Below, piece after piece: positions 24,901-37,685 of a stretch of DNA of 64,000 nucleotides. The DNA lies in the NCBI GenBank assembly GCA_053919585.1, contig CM132809.1; one strand, given 5' to 3'. The stretch comes from Euprymna scolopes (lineage: Eukaryota). The notes under the pieces are model-generated. The model did no database searches and was not told where the DNA came from. It saw nothing but the letters and a program-made list of their open reading frames with translations. Position 1 is the first letter of the stretch; every line of letters starts with the position of its first letter. A program made the position numbers and the translations under genes.

Positions 24901-25981
24901 TGCATACCAGCTTACAAGTGTAACCCGAGTTTCAAGTTCCAACTAAAGGGGCAAAGTCATAATGCGGTCCGATAGACCTTTGGGAAGAGATGTCAGTGAT
25001 TTGGCTAGTTCTGATTTTACGGCAAATCCCACACCAGGGAGGCGAGACTCATCAGGCCCTCTACCCTTGGAGAAAAAGACATAGCAACCCTTTTCCTCCT
25101 TACATTGAGATACACCAGAAAGGCGTGTTTCACTGAGTGCCGCAATATCGATCTTACATTTCTTAAGTTCACGAGATATCAACGCTGTTTTACGTTCTGG
25201 TGCATTAGGATTGTCCTGGAGGGTGCGAATATTCCACGACGCAATATTACATTTCTTACTTAATTTATAATTATTTCGACTGCACACTGGATACCCAGAC
25301 AGCTGTAGTTCACTGTCAAGGTGAATGTGTACGAGCAATGTTTAGGGCTCATTTTATCGCCCCTTCCCCATACATGGGGAAAGCAGTGCTATCCCTAAAT
25401 TGGGCTGCTTTACCAGCAATAGAGGACACGAGCTGCGCAATTGCACACATATTTGCACAGAACGGACATCACCCATTGGCCGCCACAGTGAAGACATTCG
25501 GCTAAGGACTTCCACTGATACCCTTCACCTATCCCCGTCACCTTCAACCTTACACTCATGGACTTTGTTGGTGCAGGACCATGTAAAACCTAGACCCCAT
25601 CAAAGGTGGCAGAGAACCCACACATAGGTCTTGATTATAGTGGTGAAAGTCCGTGTACAACTATCCACACTTTTTGGTGCTGCTGATAGCACTAAATCGG
25701 TGCAAAGATTTGCCACAGAGGAAGCGAACAACAGCCCTTAGGTTTTATATCAGAGTTTCTCTCTCCTATATACATGTCTAAACAAAGACTAAGGGTGCAT
25801 CTCTCCTTGTGGTCAGGTATCATCCCACCAGTTTTCTGGATCACTCTTCGTCTGGACTCTACCCTTTGACCTGTCCGGCTTGGGTGGCCCTACCAGGAGT
25901 ACATGACTCCCGCCGGCATAACTCTAGGGGTCATAGAGACTCGCAAAATGCCCCACCACGGTAAGTTGGTGATCCACGGGG
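21996..25981 (-). mobile_element. RTE-clade (BovB-like) LINE, near full-length, frameshifted
   Basis: APE motifs (IASWNIRTL, DIAALSETR, LMGDYNARVG, MIDYVI), RT motifs (KAPGNDG, FIDLTKAFD, GTKQGC, FLFADD) and C-terminal RIPKELLYG. Structured 5' UTR; 3' end runs into a gap. Confidence 0.93.
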
Positions 25982-26057
<76 letters not shown>

Positions 26058-27061
26058 TATAAGCTTAATTTCCCGTCGTTGACTGAATTAAAAAGAGTAT
26101 TAAAAAAGGACTTTGATTTATGACAGGATTACCAGGTGCGTGCGTCTAAGTTTTAAAATTTGGTGTATCAAAATCAAAGCAAAATATGAGGGAAATTTAA
26201 ATATGGTGATATCTTGTGGAAATATATATTTTCGATTTCCAAAACATAATTTTGTATCCGTTGCTAAGAGTGACCCACAAAATCCTGTCAGAAAGCAAAC
26301 ACGGATAATCCGCACTCATAGATCCCTTTCAATTGCTCAATTGCAAAGAGAATGTTAAAACATGTTAAACATATAAATCATGTCAGAAATATTTTGAATT
26401 CATCGAAATTGTGTGGAACGAGCGTTTATTTTGCTGTGTTGACTTTATCTATCCCTAGCACAATCCTTATTTTAGTGATACGTTTCAATAACTAAAAGTA
26501 AAATCCAAACGAAAATTCTTAATTTTAACAATTACTAATCTGTAAAATATAGGTCTATAGAATTTCATAGATGATTGCCTCAAAATCTCTAAAAAATAAA
26601 GAGTGTATCAGATACACCCAAAATATGAATACTCAATCACATATATTAGAATCACATATATATACAATTAGTTACGACATGAACAATTATATCCAACCTT
26701 TGTATTGCGCAAAATTATTTAAAAAAATAAATCATTTACCTTCGCTTATGATGTCGATTAGGACAGTTTTCTACACAGGTACAAAAGATAGTCTAAAACT
26801 GTTGTTTCCATTTTTAGAATCCTATTTGCAAAAGTGTGTCTCTATGATTTTAGGGTTGGGTCATAATCGACTTACGAAAAATGTTCACCTATTACTTAAA
26901 TTGTTAATTTGACAGATACAACTTCCTCATAAATAAAACTTCTAGTTTTACTATAAGGAATGCATATTAAAATGTCGTTCTTACTTTCTAGTCTGTAGTT
27001 GTCCATATGAAAAACAATCATCCTCTTAATGCAAATAAACCACCTGTAGCATCTGCCCCTC

Positions 27062-27310
27062 AGATACGTCACAATCACGTTGACACACCGGTTCTTTCCA
27101 GATCACCGAAGTTAAGCAACGCTGAACCTGACCAGCACCGGATGGGTGATCCTTTCGGTAGACTAGGCGCTGTATGTACGTGCTGGGAAGGTTGGGCGTG
27201 GGGCCAGCACCCTCACCCCGTAAAAAGAACAAAGTCGCTACAAAATTATCTACAAAGTTGTAGATGGTATATGCCCTTTAGGAGCTCAAGGCTATGGATG
27301 CATGGCTGGG
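27062..27310 (+). mobile_element. 5S rRNA-derived SINE (SINE3-like) with RTE-like tail
   Basis: 27062-27177 resembles animal 5S rRNA (CACGTTGA..CACCGGTTCT..GATCACCGAAGTTAAGCAACG..GGATGGGTGA..GCTGTA) but is diverged. It is followed by GGTTGGGCGTGGGGCCAGCACCCTCACCCCGTAAAAA, an RTE-leader-like motif. Confidence 0.75.
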
Positions 27311-30300
27311 TCTAACCTGTAACTTATTGATAGGCACTGAATACAGATGTGAATGTGTTTGATCTCAAAAGGAGTGCTGGAAGATATTAAAAGAATGTTA
27401 GATATACAAGCATCTTCAGCTTTTCCAAAGCCATAGATTAGTGTTCACTCTTAAGCATTTATCATACTTTTTGGATAACGAGTCTTGTGGCATTCTTGTT
27501 TCGAGGGGCGAGGTCTGGTAATCTAGATGGTAGCTACCTAGAAAAAACGTAACTAATGAAAACACTTCTGCTACCTGACGGAATTGCCCTACAAGAGGGA
27601 AGGCTAAGAGCATAAACTCTAACCGAAAAAAATTGAGGTAAGGTTCGAATAGATAATGTAACTTAATATAGCCATAAAGTGTAGTATATGTTCTTCAGAT
27701 CTGCACTTCAATGGCTTGTTCTCTGTCAGTGGAGGAGAGATCCTTCACGACTGAGACACTTTTTATTTTTGTTCCTTTTCTCCACGTTAAAAAAACGACC
27801 CTGGTGTCTAACTCTTTCCCGTGGGGAGGCATTGTAAATAGGAACTTAATATAGCCATAACAAGCATCTTATTCGACGCAGTCAGAGCCAAGCGATATCG
27901 ATTGAGTATTTGTCTTGGATCCTCTGATTTCTTTAAGATAGGAGACTGCTGTACAAGTAAAAATAATATCCTATAAAGTTATATAAGATATGCTGCTCCA
28001 AGAGGCAAGAAGTACCGCTCCCGAGATTTACTAGACAGCTTTTACCGACGGTACAGATAAATAATTGGACTACACAATCCAGAGGGATAGTTTCCGACGA
28101 CCTACACCAAAACCATTAAAAATCGCGTAATATAGAATGTGTTAATAAAGTTTGATTTTAATTTTCTAAAGTCATATTAATTTTTCATTTCCGTCCTTTT
28201 TAATTTGCCACTTAAACATTTCTAAAACTATTTTTGATGACCGATGATCATAAAAATCTTTCCAGGAATACGCAAGTTTAGTACGAAGTGATGTTATCTT
28301 GCTATATTATTTATTTTTAGTTAGTAATTTCCTCTGTTTCGACGATCTGTATATCTTATTTAAATAGAAATAGATAATATTTTCATTATTAAACTTACTT
28401 CAAACCACTAGATTGTTTTTTAAAAGAGTCTTAAGAAGCCAGAAACCTTACGGGCGATCTTAATAAGTAAACATTCGAAGTTAGTTGAACGAGATGTAGA
28501 CCCTGATTTTCTACCTGTGCATAACTATTTTTTATTACCAATATATTTGTGCGATTTGACTTCGCTTCGGACAGTTTAGACATACATTTTTTCAGTTCAC
28601 TTCCTGTTCCGGGAAACATCAGGGCACAGGTCAGTTGCTCGTCAAATACTTCTTGTGCAGTTTTTTCCACGACAAAAAAGGAGGGTGGGCCTGTAAATCC
28701 ACTTTTGTCCTTTCGTATGTCCGCACTTTTCTTAATAATTACGCATTGGATTTTTTGGGAAATTCTGCAGAAACATTAACCATGGTATAAATAAAAAAGT
28801 AACAGAATGGATTTTCTCGAGAAAGTCCGGTTGCAACCCTAGGAGGTTCTTTCGGGTTTAACTGTTTAAAATTTTGTGTTATTATAAAAAGATATGGCTT
28901 TCTGAAAAGTTGTATATAACTGTTTTCTACATAATTCTCTTCCTCTATACTTAGCGATAACTGTTGGGTTTGTTCCAGTTGCTCTTAGAGTTAATGAAAG
29001 CACTCAATTTTTTAGACTATTGTTTCGTATTTTTGCAAAATTTTCTGTGTATACCTTTATAGCAGTTTTGTACAGTGCTAAACTCAAATATAAATATAAT
29101 AATGTTTTGAGGACTTTTGGGGGCTAAATGGGGGAAGGCCATATATTGACTTATTCATTTCGTTTTTTATTTCTTNNNNNNNNNNNNNNNNNNNNNNNNN
29201 NNNNNNNNNNNNNNNNNNNNNNNNNNNNNNNNNNNNNNNNNNNNNNNNNNNNNNNNNNNNNNNNNNNNNNNNNNNNNNNNNNNNNNNNNNNNNNNNNNNN
29301 NNNNNNNNNNNNNNNNNNNNNNNNNNNNNNNNNNNNNNNNNNNNNNNNNNNNNNNNNNNNNNNNNNNNNNNNNNNNNNNNNNNNNNNNNNNNNNNNNGTT
29401 CAGTTAATTTTCACCAAGATTTGACGTCCCTGGGGATTTGGGGGGTAAATTTGGGAGAGCGAATGCTGAACTCATTCATTTTTTTTATGCCTCGTTCACT
29501 GTTCACTTACGGTGGAACATGGCTGCTTCACTTGTCTTTGTTTGTTTTCAGATTCTGTTTTAATTTAAATATTAACTTGTTTTATTTCAATACCTTCTGC
29601 CATTGATTTTTCAAATATATTCATTCACTGACGTTCTCCCTTGCGTATTATTCTCGACATAGTGTCTTTTTTACTGATATTCTTTGTTTTTATTCGTGTT
29701 GTTAATATTTATGTCTTCGACTGGATTTTCTGGATTATATTGTTCCTTCATCATCTATAAAGTAGTCTTACTAGAGAGTCACTTCTTTCCCAGGACTCAA
29801 AGGAACTCATAGTAAATAGTTAAAACACTGTCAAGTGAACAATAAGACAATGCTCTACTGATTAGAAGATCAAATAATTATTTTAGACGATGGAACAATT
29901 TTTTTAAATTTAATTATTTGGACACTACTCTGTAAAATTAGAAAGTAAGTGCATTATATTGTGCTCCACTACGCAGTTCTATGAATGATATTTTTCAAAA
30001 AGGAATATTTTTCTTTCTGGTATTTTTGTTTTACCAGCTTTTTTCCTCTTGTTTTTCTTTCTGTTATTATTTTCTCTTCTACTATTACTCCTTTTTCGGT
30101 TAACCTCTTTTAAATATAAATATTTTTGCGCTATTGCTTCTAGTGATCTTTTTTATTTTGGAAAAGTTTATCGTTGTATTATGTGTCATCTGTTTCTTTC
30201 TATCTCTCTTGAAAGTATACTTTATTTCTTATTTGAGTTTTCATTATTTTATTGTCATCCATTTCTCTACTTGTATGCATATTTGCTTGTACAAAGTTCC

Positions 30301-31229
30301 AAACTCGACTTTAGCGTCAAGTATGCCCCCGGGACTCATTGCCATCATCGTTTGAAATATGTAATTGACTTTCTTCCGACTGTTCAATTTGCAAAGCAAG
30401 ACAGAATTGTCGGACAAACTATCTCGCTATTGACCAGTGCCGGGCTAATGCGACCATTACTTAGCTTAGTGTTGTCTGTGTCGAGCAAGCAACGTTAATT
30501 ATAGCCAAAAGGCTGGCATATTATCCACTCAATTAAGATGCAAACGTTATTCATTTGAAGCGAATATTTAAAATTCATCGGCTATATCACATGCGGGACT
30601 TAATGATTGCAATATATTGCAAAAACGTCAATAAAAGACAAAGGTACATGGAACGTATTTGTATGCAGCGAATAGCAATTGTAAAGGGAAATACAGTTCC
30701 TTCATTCAAATGATAAATGCTTCTGACATTGTTCTTACAATTTATCTAATGCAATCAATATTTTCAAACAATAATAATTGAAAACACAGGCAAGACTGTT
30801 GAATTTTTTTTTACTTTTAAATAAAACTTCTCTCAGTCTCGGCATGTTAACCTTTGATTCGGTAAAATATTTGGTAAAAGACGGATAGATCTTGAACGGT
30901 GGCTATTTTCGGAAGAGTTTCCCGGTAATTTAATGCGATTTTTATTTAATTCTATGCTTTGTCTACAAAAATTGCCATAATTATGCTTAAAATAGAGAAA
31001 CATTTACATTTACACTTTTATATCATGTAAAACATTCGGTAAATAATTTTCGATACGTTATCTATTGGTAACATACAAAGAGGTATAAACAGAAGGAATA
31101 CAAACACTCTCAGAAACATTCACATACACATATACACACACGCATATATATATGTGTGTGTGTGTGTGTGTGTTTGTGTGTGTGTGCATGTATGGGTGTT
31201 TGTGTGTGTATTTTGTTTACTACAATAAT

Positions 31230-31365
31230 AAAATACCTGCAGACTAGTGTTTTATCCTTTCAGGAATCTTCACGATAAACCCTAGTCAACGGATTCGAAC
31301 CTGGCAACACGAGACATGTCTAGCTCCTTTAGCAAAGAAAGTATGCCATCGGCTACCATTAACCT
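31230..31365 (-). mobile_element. tRNA-like head joined to a degenerate hammerhead
   Basis: Minus strand: A-box TAGCCGATGG, B-box GGTTCGAATCC, then GTGAAGA-TTCC-TGAAA-GGAT-AAAAC-ACTA-GTC. Confidence 0.55.
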
Positions 31366-31564
31366 CGAGAAATAACATTGAATTTAAACATTTTAATCTT
31401 TAAATGCTCTTTACGTCAGTCCAGTGATCTAATCGTTATACGATTATCTATGCATAAGAGCAAAATTGAACGACATAGTTCAACTTAAATTGCTCCCCGA
31501 TTGGAAACGAGTTTCATAAAGTGACTGACTTAATTATTTTTCACCATAACAATTAAATATGCAA

Positions 31565-31645
<81 letters not shown>

Positions 31646-31680
31646 TAAATTTTTGGTACAGCAAAATGGAAGGAGAAATT

Positions 31681-33143
31681 TCAGAGGAAACATAATTTAA
31701 TTTAAATACCAAAAAACAAGAAATGGGCAGGTGAAATTATTAAAATTACCTTAAGGCCTTATCGTCTGACCCTCTAAGAGGAAACGTCAGAATGATAAAT
31801 TAAAAACTAAGAAAACGAATGAGGGAAGAAGGGAATTTTGGTTTCAGTTGGAAGAACAGTGGGGGAAAAAATATCTCACTGTTCAGGTGGTTTTAAATAA
31901 AAGAATATCTCCAACTGGTGTTTCAGAATATTTTGTCTACTCAGGCTAGGTCGAGAGTTGTTAATAACTAACGCCTCAATAATATTGAGATGATAGTTCG
32001 ACCTAGCACTGTATGTAACAGAAAACCACCCATCGGAATATTGATCGGCACACCTATTTATACTCAACAGGTGATTACCAATGGCGGACTCATGAGCTTG
32101 GGAGTGCCCGGATATTCTCGAAACCTGGTGTAGTCGAATATCCCGAGGGATATGTTGGGATATTCTCATTTCTAATCTTTGGGATGTTTTGCCAACGTAG
32201 TCAGCTCCACACTGACAAACGAATTTATAAACAACAGAGTTATTTTGAATGGTTGGCAAAACATCTTTACGAAAAGAAGAGAAAAAGGTTCGAGTTGTGT
32301 AAACTACTCTAAGCATAGTAGCTGGAAAACAACGTTGAGTAGCAGAATAAACCCTTTTAACAATATGAAGGCCATCAGGACCCAACCATGGTAATTTTAG
32401 ATAAATGGGACAACGTGATGGACCAATATGTTAACCACTATTAAATGTAGTAATTTTACGTTCAATAGTACAAGATGAAATCCTGTTTAATTCCGATACA
32501 TATAATTCGTTACGTAGTAAACACCTTTTACTTTGGGCCATGGTTTGGAAAGAACTAGCTTTCTTTGATAAACTCCGTTTTTCTAGGTTTTTATCCATCG
32601 GCGATAATTTTACCCGTATTAAATGTACTTCTTCTTATGATAAATATTTAAAAAATTTAATTACTAAGAAGTTTGGGATTATAACAAATCTGGATTAACA
32701 TATATTTAATTATTCTTCTCATGTTTTGTCCAATACAGAAGAATTTGTTTTATCTGCCGGCTTACAATTTTGCATTCCTCCCCCTTCTGTTGATAAAATC
32801 TCAGTATTTAGTGAAATTGAATTATTGTATACTCAATTAAAACACCATTCGCCTATCTCTACTGATGAAAATAACTAGTGTTAAAATTCAGTTGGGCGAA
32901 TTAGGTCGGAGGTTTTCTGCCATAAATACTAAATCTAGTGATTTTGTTTGGCAGAAAAATCATTTTGAAGCGGCAACTGAAACCAAAATTCCCTTCTTCC
33001 CTCATTCGTTTTCTTAGTTTTTAATTTATCATTCTGGCGTTTCTTCTTAGAGGGTCAGACGATAAGGCCTTAAGGTAATTTTAATAATTTCACCTGCCCA
33101 TTTCTTGTTTTTTGGTATTTAAATTAAATTATGTTTCCTCTGA
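31681..33143. mobile_element. Penelope-like element remnant with 170-bp inverted termini
   Basis: 31681-31850 is the reverse complement of 32974-33143 (about 2 mismatches). It encloses a minus-strand GIY-YIG ORF and a plus-strand PLE N-terminal fragment (IFNYSSHVLSNTEEFVLSAGLQFCIPP, about 32700-32790). Flanked by (TA)n. Confidence 0.85.
31876..32410 (-). pseudogene. PLE C-terminal GIY-YIG endonuclease fragment
   Basis: LPWLG...VVYKFVCQCGADYVGKTSQRLEMRISQH...SAIGNHL...IIEALVI...PSL. Confidence 0.85.
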
Positions 33144-33160
33144 GATATATATATATATAC

Positions 33161-33215
<55 letters not shown>

Positions 33216-34075
33216 GACTTTCGGAACTGTCCGATCTTACATTACGCTTAAATAAGATATTTTAATTTAGGTAGATTGCGAATGTATTATTATAGAATCA
33301 ATCCTCTATTGATTATTATATATTACAAGGAATAATTTGTCCTAGTGAACTAAACTTTAAAAAATGGTAAAAATTATAATAATGTCGTGCAAAAATTCTA
33401 TCTGTTTTTGTTTACAATAGAATGTAAGGTGATATTTGATTTGACGATGAATGCCTTTTATGAAGATTTTATTACTTCTATTGCATGGCCAAATATTCCC
33501 TTTATAAACTTCCTTTTTAATAAGTTCATGACACTATTTATAGGATCGGATTTTTTTTTCCATTTTCGATACTTATCAGATGAATATCTATACAAAGCGT
33601 CTCTAAGATTTCCAGACATATTTCGGTAACATTAGCAAAGGACAGGTTTGACCGTGTCTGAACCTATGCGGAATGAATTCAGAAACACACAGACATTGAC
33701 TTATATATAAGAGTAAAGAACACTACTAAAATATAACAGGAACAAAATACTTACACCAAGANNNNNNNNNNNNNNNNNNNNNNNNNNNNNNNNNNNNNNN
33801 NNNNNNNNNNNNNNNNNNNNNNNNNNNNNNNNNNNNNNNNNNNNNNNNNNNNNNNNNNNNNNNNNNNNNNNNNNNNNNNNNNNNNNNNNNNNNNNNNNNN
33901 NTATTACCGTATCTTTCTGTTAAGTTACATTATTGTTTCAGCTACCCGGACGTTTTTGACCGTCTGTAGCTTCTTCAGACTTTTACAGAAATGTTCGTTG
34001 TTATGGGATGAAAGAGTGAAAGAGTGAACATCTCCTGTAAAGAATGTCTCAGTTTCAATAGTTTATACTTAAATA

Positions 34076-34129
<54 letters not shown>

Positions 34130-34171
34130 AATTCTTTCTATAATCTCCGATTATATATATATGTATGTATG

Positions 34172-34204
<33 letters not shown>

Positions 34205-34211
<7 letters not shown>

Positions 34212-34795
34212 AATGTGATTGATAATTTAAAATTCAAATTATAATTAAATTTAAAAAATTCAAATTAGAATTAAAAAAAAAAACTTGTTTATGAGTTGGA
34301 AAATTACAATAAACATTTATATGAATGCTTTGACCTTAAATGCTGATTTCAAAAATCCGAAGAATTAAAAGATACCTCTGCCGATGCTATTTATGCTAGC
34401 TTAATTTATGATGTCTTTTACATATATTAAAAAAAACCTTCCCAATATTTTGCTGATGAGGAAACTTAGCTTGTTAAAAATACTATATGTAAAAATTATT
34501 GTCCGTGGCCTAATGTCTACCACAATAAAAACATTGTTTTCAGAAACGATCGTACAAATTATTGATTTTGTTGTTGTTCCTTCTCGTGAAATGAATGTTT
34601 AATTTAATTATAATTTGAATTTTAAATTATCAATCACATTGCTTAATATTAAATTAGCTCTAGGATATTTACCTATCGAGTTTATTATTTATCTAACTTA
34701 CAACGAGCACCTGTTTTTCTATGTATTTTAATTAAATTACTAATTTTACTATGACATTAAAACACAATCTGCTCTTTAGACTAATCTCCTTTAAA
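34205..34795 (+). mobile_element. Short PLE 3' remnant with inverted 5' segment
   Basis: 34205-34315 is an inverted copy of about 34555-34650. 34320-34405 encodes a PLE-like C-terminus (..DAIYASLI), followed by CTGATGAG and the same terminal repeat as 6770-7135. Confidence 0.55.
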
Positions 34796-34802
34796 TATAT
34801 AT

Positions 34803-35466
34803 ATCATCATCATCATCATCATCATCATCATCGGCAGTCACTCGTGTCCGAGTAAGACTGTCCTCCGTTGTGGCTTCTCTGGGTCCTCAGGTGAGCATAG
34901 AGCCCAATCCTAGCTCCGATTTGTCTTGTGCAATTTGGGCAGATAAAGGTAGTGGTGGTGGGGTGGAGTTGGGTGTGTCTGGTTGATAATCTGTCCTTTC
35001 TATGCTTGCGTTTATCCTCAGCACCTTGATTTAGGTTACTACTATAAAGCGCAGCACCTTCATGGACAGCGCTCTTCCATGCCAACCTGCTCCCAGCCAC
35101 GCCCTCCCATGTCTCAAGGTCCATGTGAAACCGCTTTAGATCTGCTTTGATGTTGTCCTTATACCTCATCTTTTGGCCACCCTGGGCACGCTTTCCCTCA
35201 ACAAGCTGAGAGTAGAAAATCTGTTTTGGGAGGCGGAGATCCGGCATTCGGACAACATGACCAGTCCATCTGAGCTGGCGTTGAGCAACAGTAGCGTTGA
35301 TAGTGGAAATATCAGCCTCACTCAGGACGCTGGTGTTGGTGCGTCGGTCCTTCCAACAAATTCTGAGGATTTTTCGGAGGCATATTTGGTGGTACGTCTC
35401 CAGGGTTGTTACGTGCCTCCTGTATGTGGTCCAGGTCTCCGATCCATAGAGAAGAGTGGGCAGCCA

Positions 35467-35470
<4 letters not shown>
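34803..35470 (-). mobile_element. 5'-truncated RTE LINE (3' 670 bp), open frame, (ATG)n tail
   Basis: LPTLLYGSETW..LRWTGHVVRM..RLPKQIFY..CPNCTR..GLYAHLRT. Inserted in (TA)n. Confidence 0.9.
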
Positions 35471-35542
<72 letters not shown>

Positions 35543-35659
35543 AAGTGATGGTTGTGTAGTTCCAACGAGAGAAAAAATGTATATTTAAAAGAGTGTAGCC
35601 ATCAACAATTGTGGGTTTTTTTTTAAGGTTTTCATCATATTTTTATTTTAAAATATTTT

Positions 35660-35699
35660 TATAACGCGTTTCGAGCTTAGGGTGTGCTCTCTTCAGATA
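35660..35699 (-). ncRNA. Minimal type I hammerhead ribozyme (left PLE arm)
   Basis: Exact inverted copy of 40647-40686. Confidence 0.8.
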
Positions 35700-37049
35700 T
35701 TTTCGTAAAAAGTTTTTCTTTAAAATGGGAGTTTGTGGATATGCCTCCGCTGATATCAAATATGTTTTTCATAGTGGTGCGATGCGTGTGTTCAGTGTTT
35801 AGACGTTCTGTCTCCAGCTGTAAGTGTTTTACTGTGACCGGTCAAAGTTAGTTTCAAAGAGTGTTTTTTTAGTCCATATGGTGAAGGTTTTTATGGCTTC
35901 TTTAGGGTTCTTTTTTAAAGACTTTCTTTCCCCATGTATAGCATACACTCACACACAATCCCATACGCATACATATATATTCATGTACATGTACACATGC
36001 ACACGCACACAGGCACACACACATACACACACGTACATACATAGAAATATATGTAGGACCATACATATATACACATATACATACCCACCTACACACTCAC
36101 ACACGCACTCGCATACATCCACCGCTAACAATTATTTTTATTTTTTTATTTTTTATTTTATATATATATATATATATATATATTTTATATATATATATAT
36201 ATATTTTTTTTTTTCCTACAAAAACACGCATGTATATATGCGCTTAATCATTCAGACATATGTACACGTACCCACACACACACACACAAGTAAGATGGAG
36301 AATAATAGGTAGAAGATATGTATACACACACATACACGCACATACACACATATATGTACACACATATATGTATGTGCACATACACTCACAAACATCCACA
36401 TACTGTGTAGGCACATACACATACACACACATGCACACACACAGACATATGCAGGGGCTCACACATACGCGTATATCCATATTCACACGAACACATTTAC
36501 CCACTCATACATGTGCATACATATGTATATATACATACATACATACATACGGATGTGTATACACTCATCCACCCATATATATATATATATATATGGGCAC
36601 ATACATTCACAATCCCACACACACACACATATTCATACATCCCACCTTATGTATATATTGGTTGGAGTTTCCTTTCCAATCCATGCACATATGCATACAT
36701 GGATTCGGTCACCCAAACATAAGTGCACGTATATATACAAACAAGATGTAGCATAGATAACAGAGGATAGATAATTATACACACACGCATACACAATCAT
36801 ATGTGTACACCCACGCACATACACATATACACACGCACACACGCGCGCACACACACATACATACGTTTAATTTCTAGTTGTTTGTTTAGTTAAGAGAAAT
36901 GGTACTGTACTGGGTATGGGCGCGCGCACCCGCGAAAGTGTGCGTGTGCCTTATTGTGCTTTTTTGTTGTTTCGTGTGTGAGGGTGCACACCTACCCAAG
37001 CATGCATGCGTGTAAGTGTATTTTGTGTTTTGCCTATTTATGTGTATAA

Positions 37050-37685
37050 TTATGGAGAGACGTTTAAGGCGGGATTAAACTTTGTTATGAAATTTTTTTC
37101 TTGAGTTAGCAAGTAGAAGTAGTTGTCAGTTTGGAAGATGGGCATTATCTCGAATCTGCCTCCACTGCATGCGTGTATATGTTGTGATACATGTAGGTGT
37201 CTATTTTCCGCGATTTTGATGTTGGATCGGTGTAGGGCTACTCTATTACTAAGGTTTTTTGTAGCGCCTATGTAGGATTTATCGCATGCTGGACATTTTA
37301 TTACATAGATTACGTTTTTTGAGGTGCAATCTAGGTTTTTTTTAATTTTGAATGTTTGTATGGGGTTCGCAAATGTGTATGTGTTTCCCTCTAATATTAT
37401 GTTGCAGACTCCACATCGTTGTTTGTTGCATTTTGTGACTCCTTTTGTTGCGTCTTGATTGAGTTTGGATGAGGTAAGTATGCGTTGTAGGTTTTTGGGT
37501 TGGCGTTTGCTTTTTATTATTTTTGTTGTTTTAAGGAAATTGTTTAGTTTGCTGTTTTGGTTAAGTAGGACGAGGTTTTTCGTTATCTCTGTGAAAAGTT
37601 CAGGGTTGTTTGTGTTGTGTGTGGAGACGTATGTTAGGATTTGTTCTTTGTTTCGTTCTTTAGGGGTTCTCAAATCTTCTACTGG
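37050..37685 (-). pseudogene. Inverted duplicate of the PLE linker and GIY-YIG domain (uninterrupted frame)
   Basis: ORF 37050..37799; from PVEDLR onward it matches the right-arm translation. Confidence 0.9.

Noticed and set aside
27062-27177. Functional 5S rRNA gene
   Set aside because: Diverged, no oligo-T terminator after the head, and fused to a retroelement-like tail. The same applies to 52975-53090.
27320-28120. Possible RT/RNase H relic (AFTDG)
   Set aside because: Motifs are too short and decayed to assign by eye.
33945-33985. Minus-strand CTGAAGA...AAAAACGTC hammerhead-like motif
   Set aside because: G12 is lost and stems I and II pair poorly.
34828-35565. 245-aa ORF as an intact gene
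   Set aside because: The start and first 32 codons come from read-through of (TA)n; the rest is a truncated RTE 3' end.
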